A stretch of DNA of 64,000 bases from Vicugna vicugna. Taxonomy: Eukaryota. A program made the translations under genes and the position numbers. Below are positions 62,873 through 64,000 of this stretch, piece after piece. Numbering within the stretch: position 1 is the first letter of the stretch; each line of letters opens with the position of its first letter. The stretch covers positions 2,418,001-2,482,000 of the forward strand of contig MU058221.1 in the NCBI GenBank assembly GCA_013265495.1. Reading direction: 5' to 3'. The notes beneath the pieces are model-generated. The model worked only from the letters and a program-made list of their open reading frames with translations. It had not been told where the DNA came from and ran no database searches.

Positions 62873-64000
62873 CATAGTGACAGTTTTTACTACGTAAGGT
62901 CAACCAATAGACTTGGGCTTATTTCCCGCGCCCACTGAACGAGGAGGCTGGAGACTTGACACCTCGGACACCTGCGAGCCTCACCGTTTCCTGATCATCT
63001 CCCGCCATCTGATCAGTCACAGCTCCCTTCTGTGAACCTCCCCCACCTGCCTGACTGTGGAGCCGCCCATCACTTCCTGACCTTGGAGTGCCAGTTAGTC
63101 TGTCCAGCGCCACACCCTGAGGAGGTCCACCTTATGTGACTAGGCAGACAGCTCGGAGTTTCTTTGCTTTTATCTTGTTCCCTTCCAATCACACTGTTCT
63201 GGTTCCTCAAGTCCTACCCACCCCTTCCCTCCATTTTAGAATTCTCCGCACTGTCCTTCCTCCGTCACATACACCCAGCCTTCTGGTCCCTTATAAATAC
63301 GTTTTCTTTGGCATGTACAGAACCCTCACCCTGAAGCCTGTGTAACATATCATGTAAGGGGATATCCAAGATTTAATAAGGCCTGAAGTCTAGAGGAAAG
63401 GAAAATTAGAAAAGCTAAATTGATTCTTATACTGGTTGGATACCAGAAAGTCAGAACAAATATCCCAGGTGGTCTCACTCTGCAGGTTATTGGAATCTAG
63501 AATTTTCACTGAAGCAGTCTGCGTGTTGTTAGGGTGGTAAAAGCCCTTTAAGTGGGCACAAATGGAGTTTTTTTTTTCTTTTGTGGGGGGGCTTGACTTT
63601 TCGGGACTTGGGACTTCGTACTGGGAACAGGGGCTGTGCCCGTGGCCTCTTTACCCCTTAAAGGTGTTGACTGGCCAGTCAGCGCCTCCGTCCGCCTTTA
63701 TTATTTCAGAGCATCTCTCACCATTTCTGTCATAGCCTCTTTTTTGCCCAGCCTGAGGAACAGGGGTTCAGTTGGTTAGCAAGCTCTCGTCAAGATGGAT
63801 GGAATTCTAGACTTAATCTGAAGTGAAGCGTCCCTCCATCTGCTTTGGAAACAGCTCACAGGTTCTCTTGTTGATTCAGATGCGATCATCAACCTCCTGC
63901 CAGAGGAAATTAAGAGCTGCTATTTGTTTGTTGGGTAGAAGACGTTCTGGAGTTCTGACCCCTGATTTGTTTCTCATCCTCGCCCGTAGTGTCTGACTAA

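Overview
Mammalian genomic DNA, most likely camelid (alpaca, llama or camel), judged from three tRNA-derived vic-1-type SINEs and artiodactyl-type L1 3' tails. I found no intact protein-coding gene, genuine tRNA/rRNA gene or CRISPR array. The only ORFs I can relate to a known protein are decayed fragments of a Tigger1 transposase (~56.36-57.9 kb). The window looks like a large intron or gene desert. It carries many old repeats (MIR, L2, MLT1, MER20, MER5, Charlie1, MER76, Tigger1), younger lineage-specific insertions (L1 3' ends, vic-1 SINEs, an ERV1-type solo LTR with a 4-bp TSD), microsatellites, and several repeat-free, homeodomain-motif-rich blocks resembling conserved developmental enhancers. 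The most interesting observations are: a ~340-bp element fusing an L1 5'UTR start directly to an L1 3' tail; a local AT-to-GC substitution patch inside Tigger1 (possible gBGC footprint); convergent CTCF-like sites; a possibly transduced or retrocopied polyadenylated fragment inside an MLT1 LTR; and microsatellites born at homologous positions inside retroelements. I see no convincing evidence of a wholly new biological system. Repeat family names come from recalled consensus sequences rather than a database search, and boundaries of old repeats are approximate.
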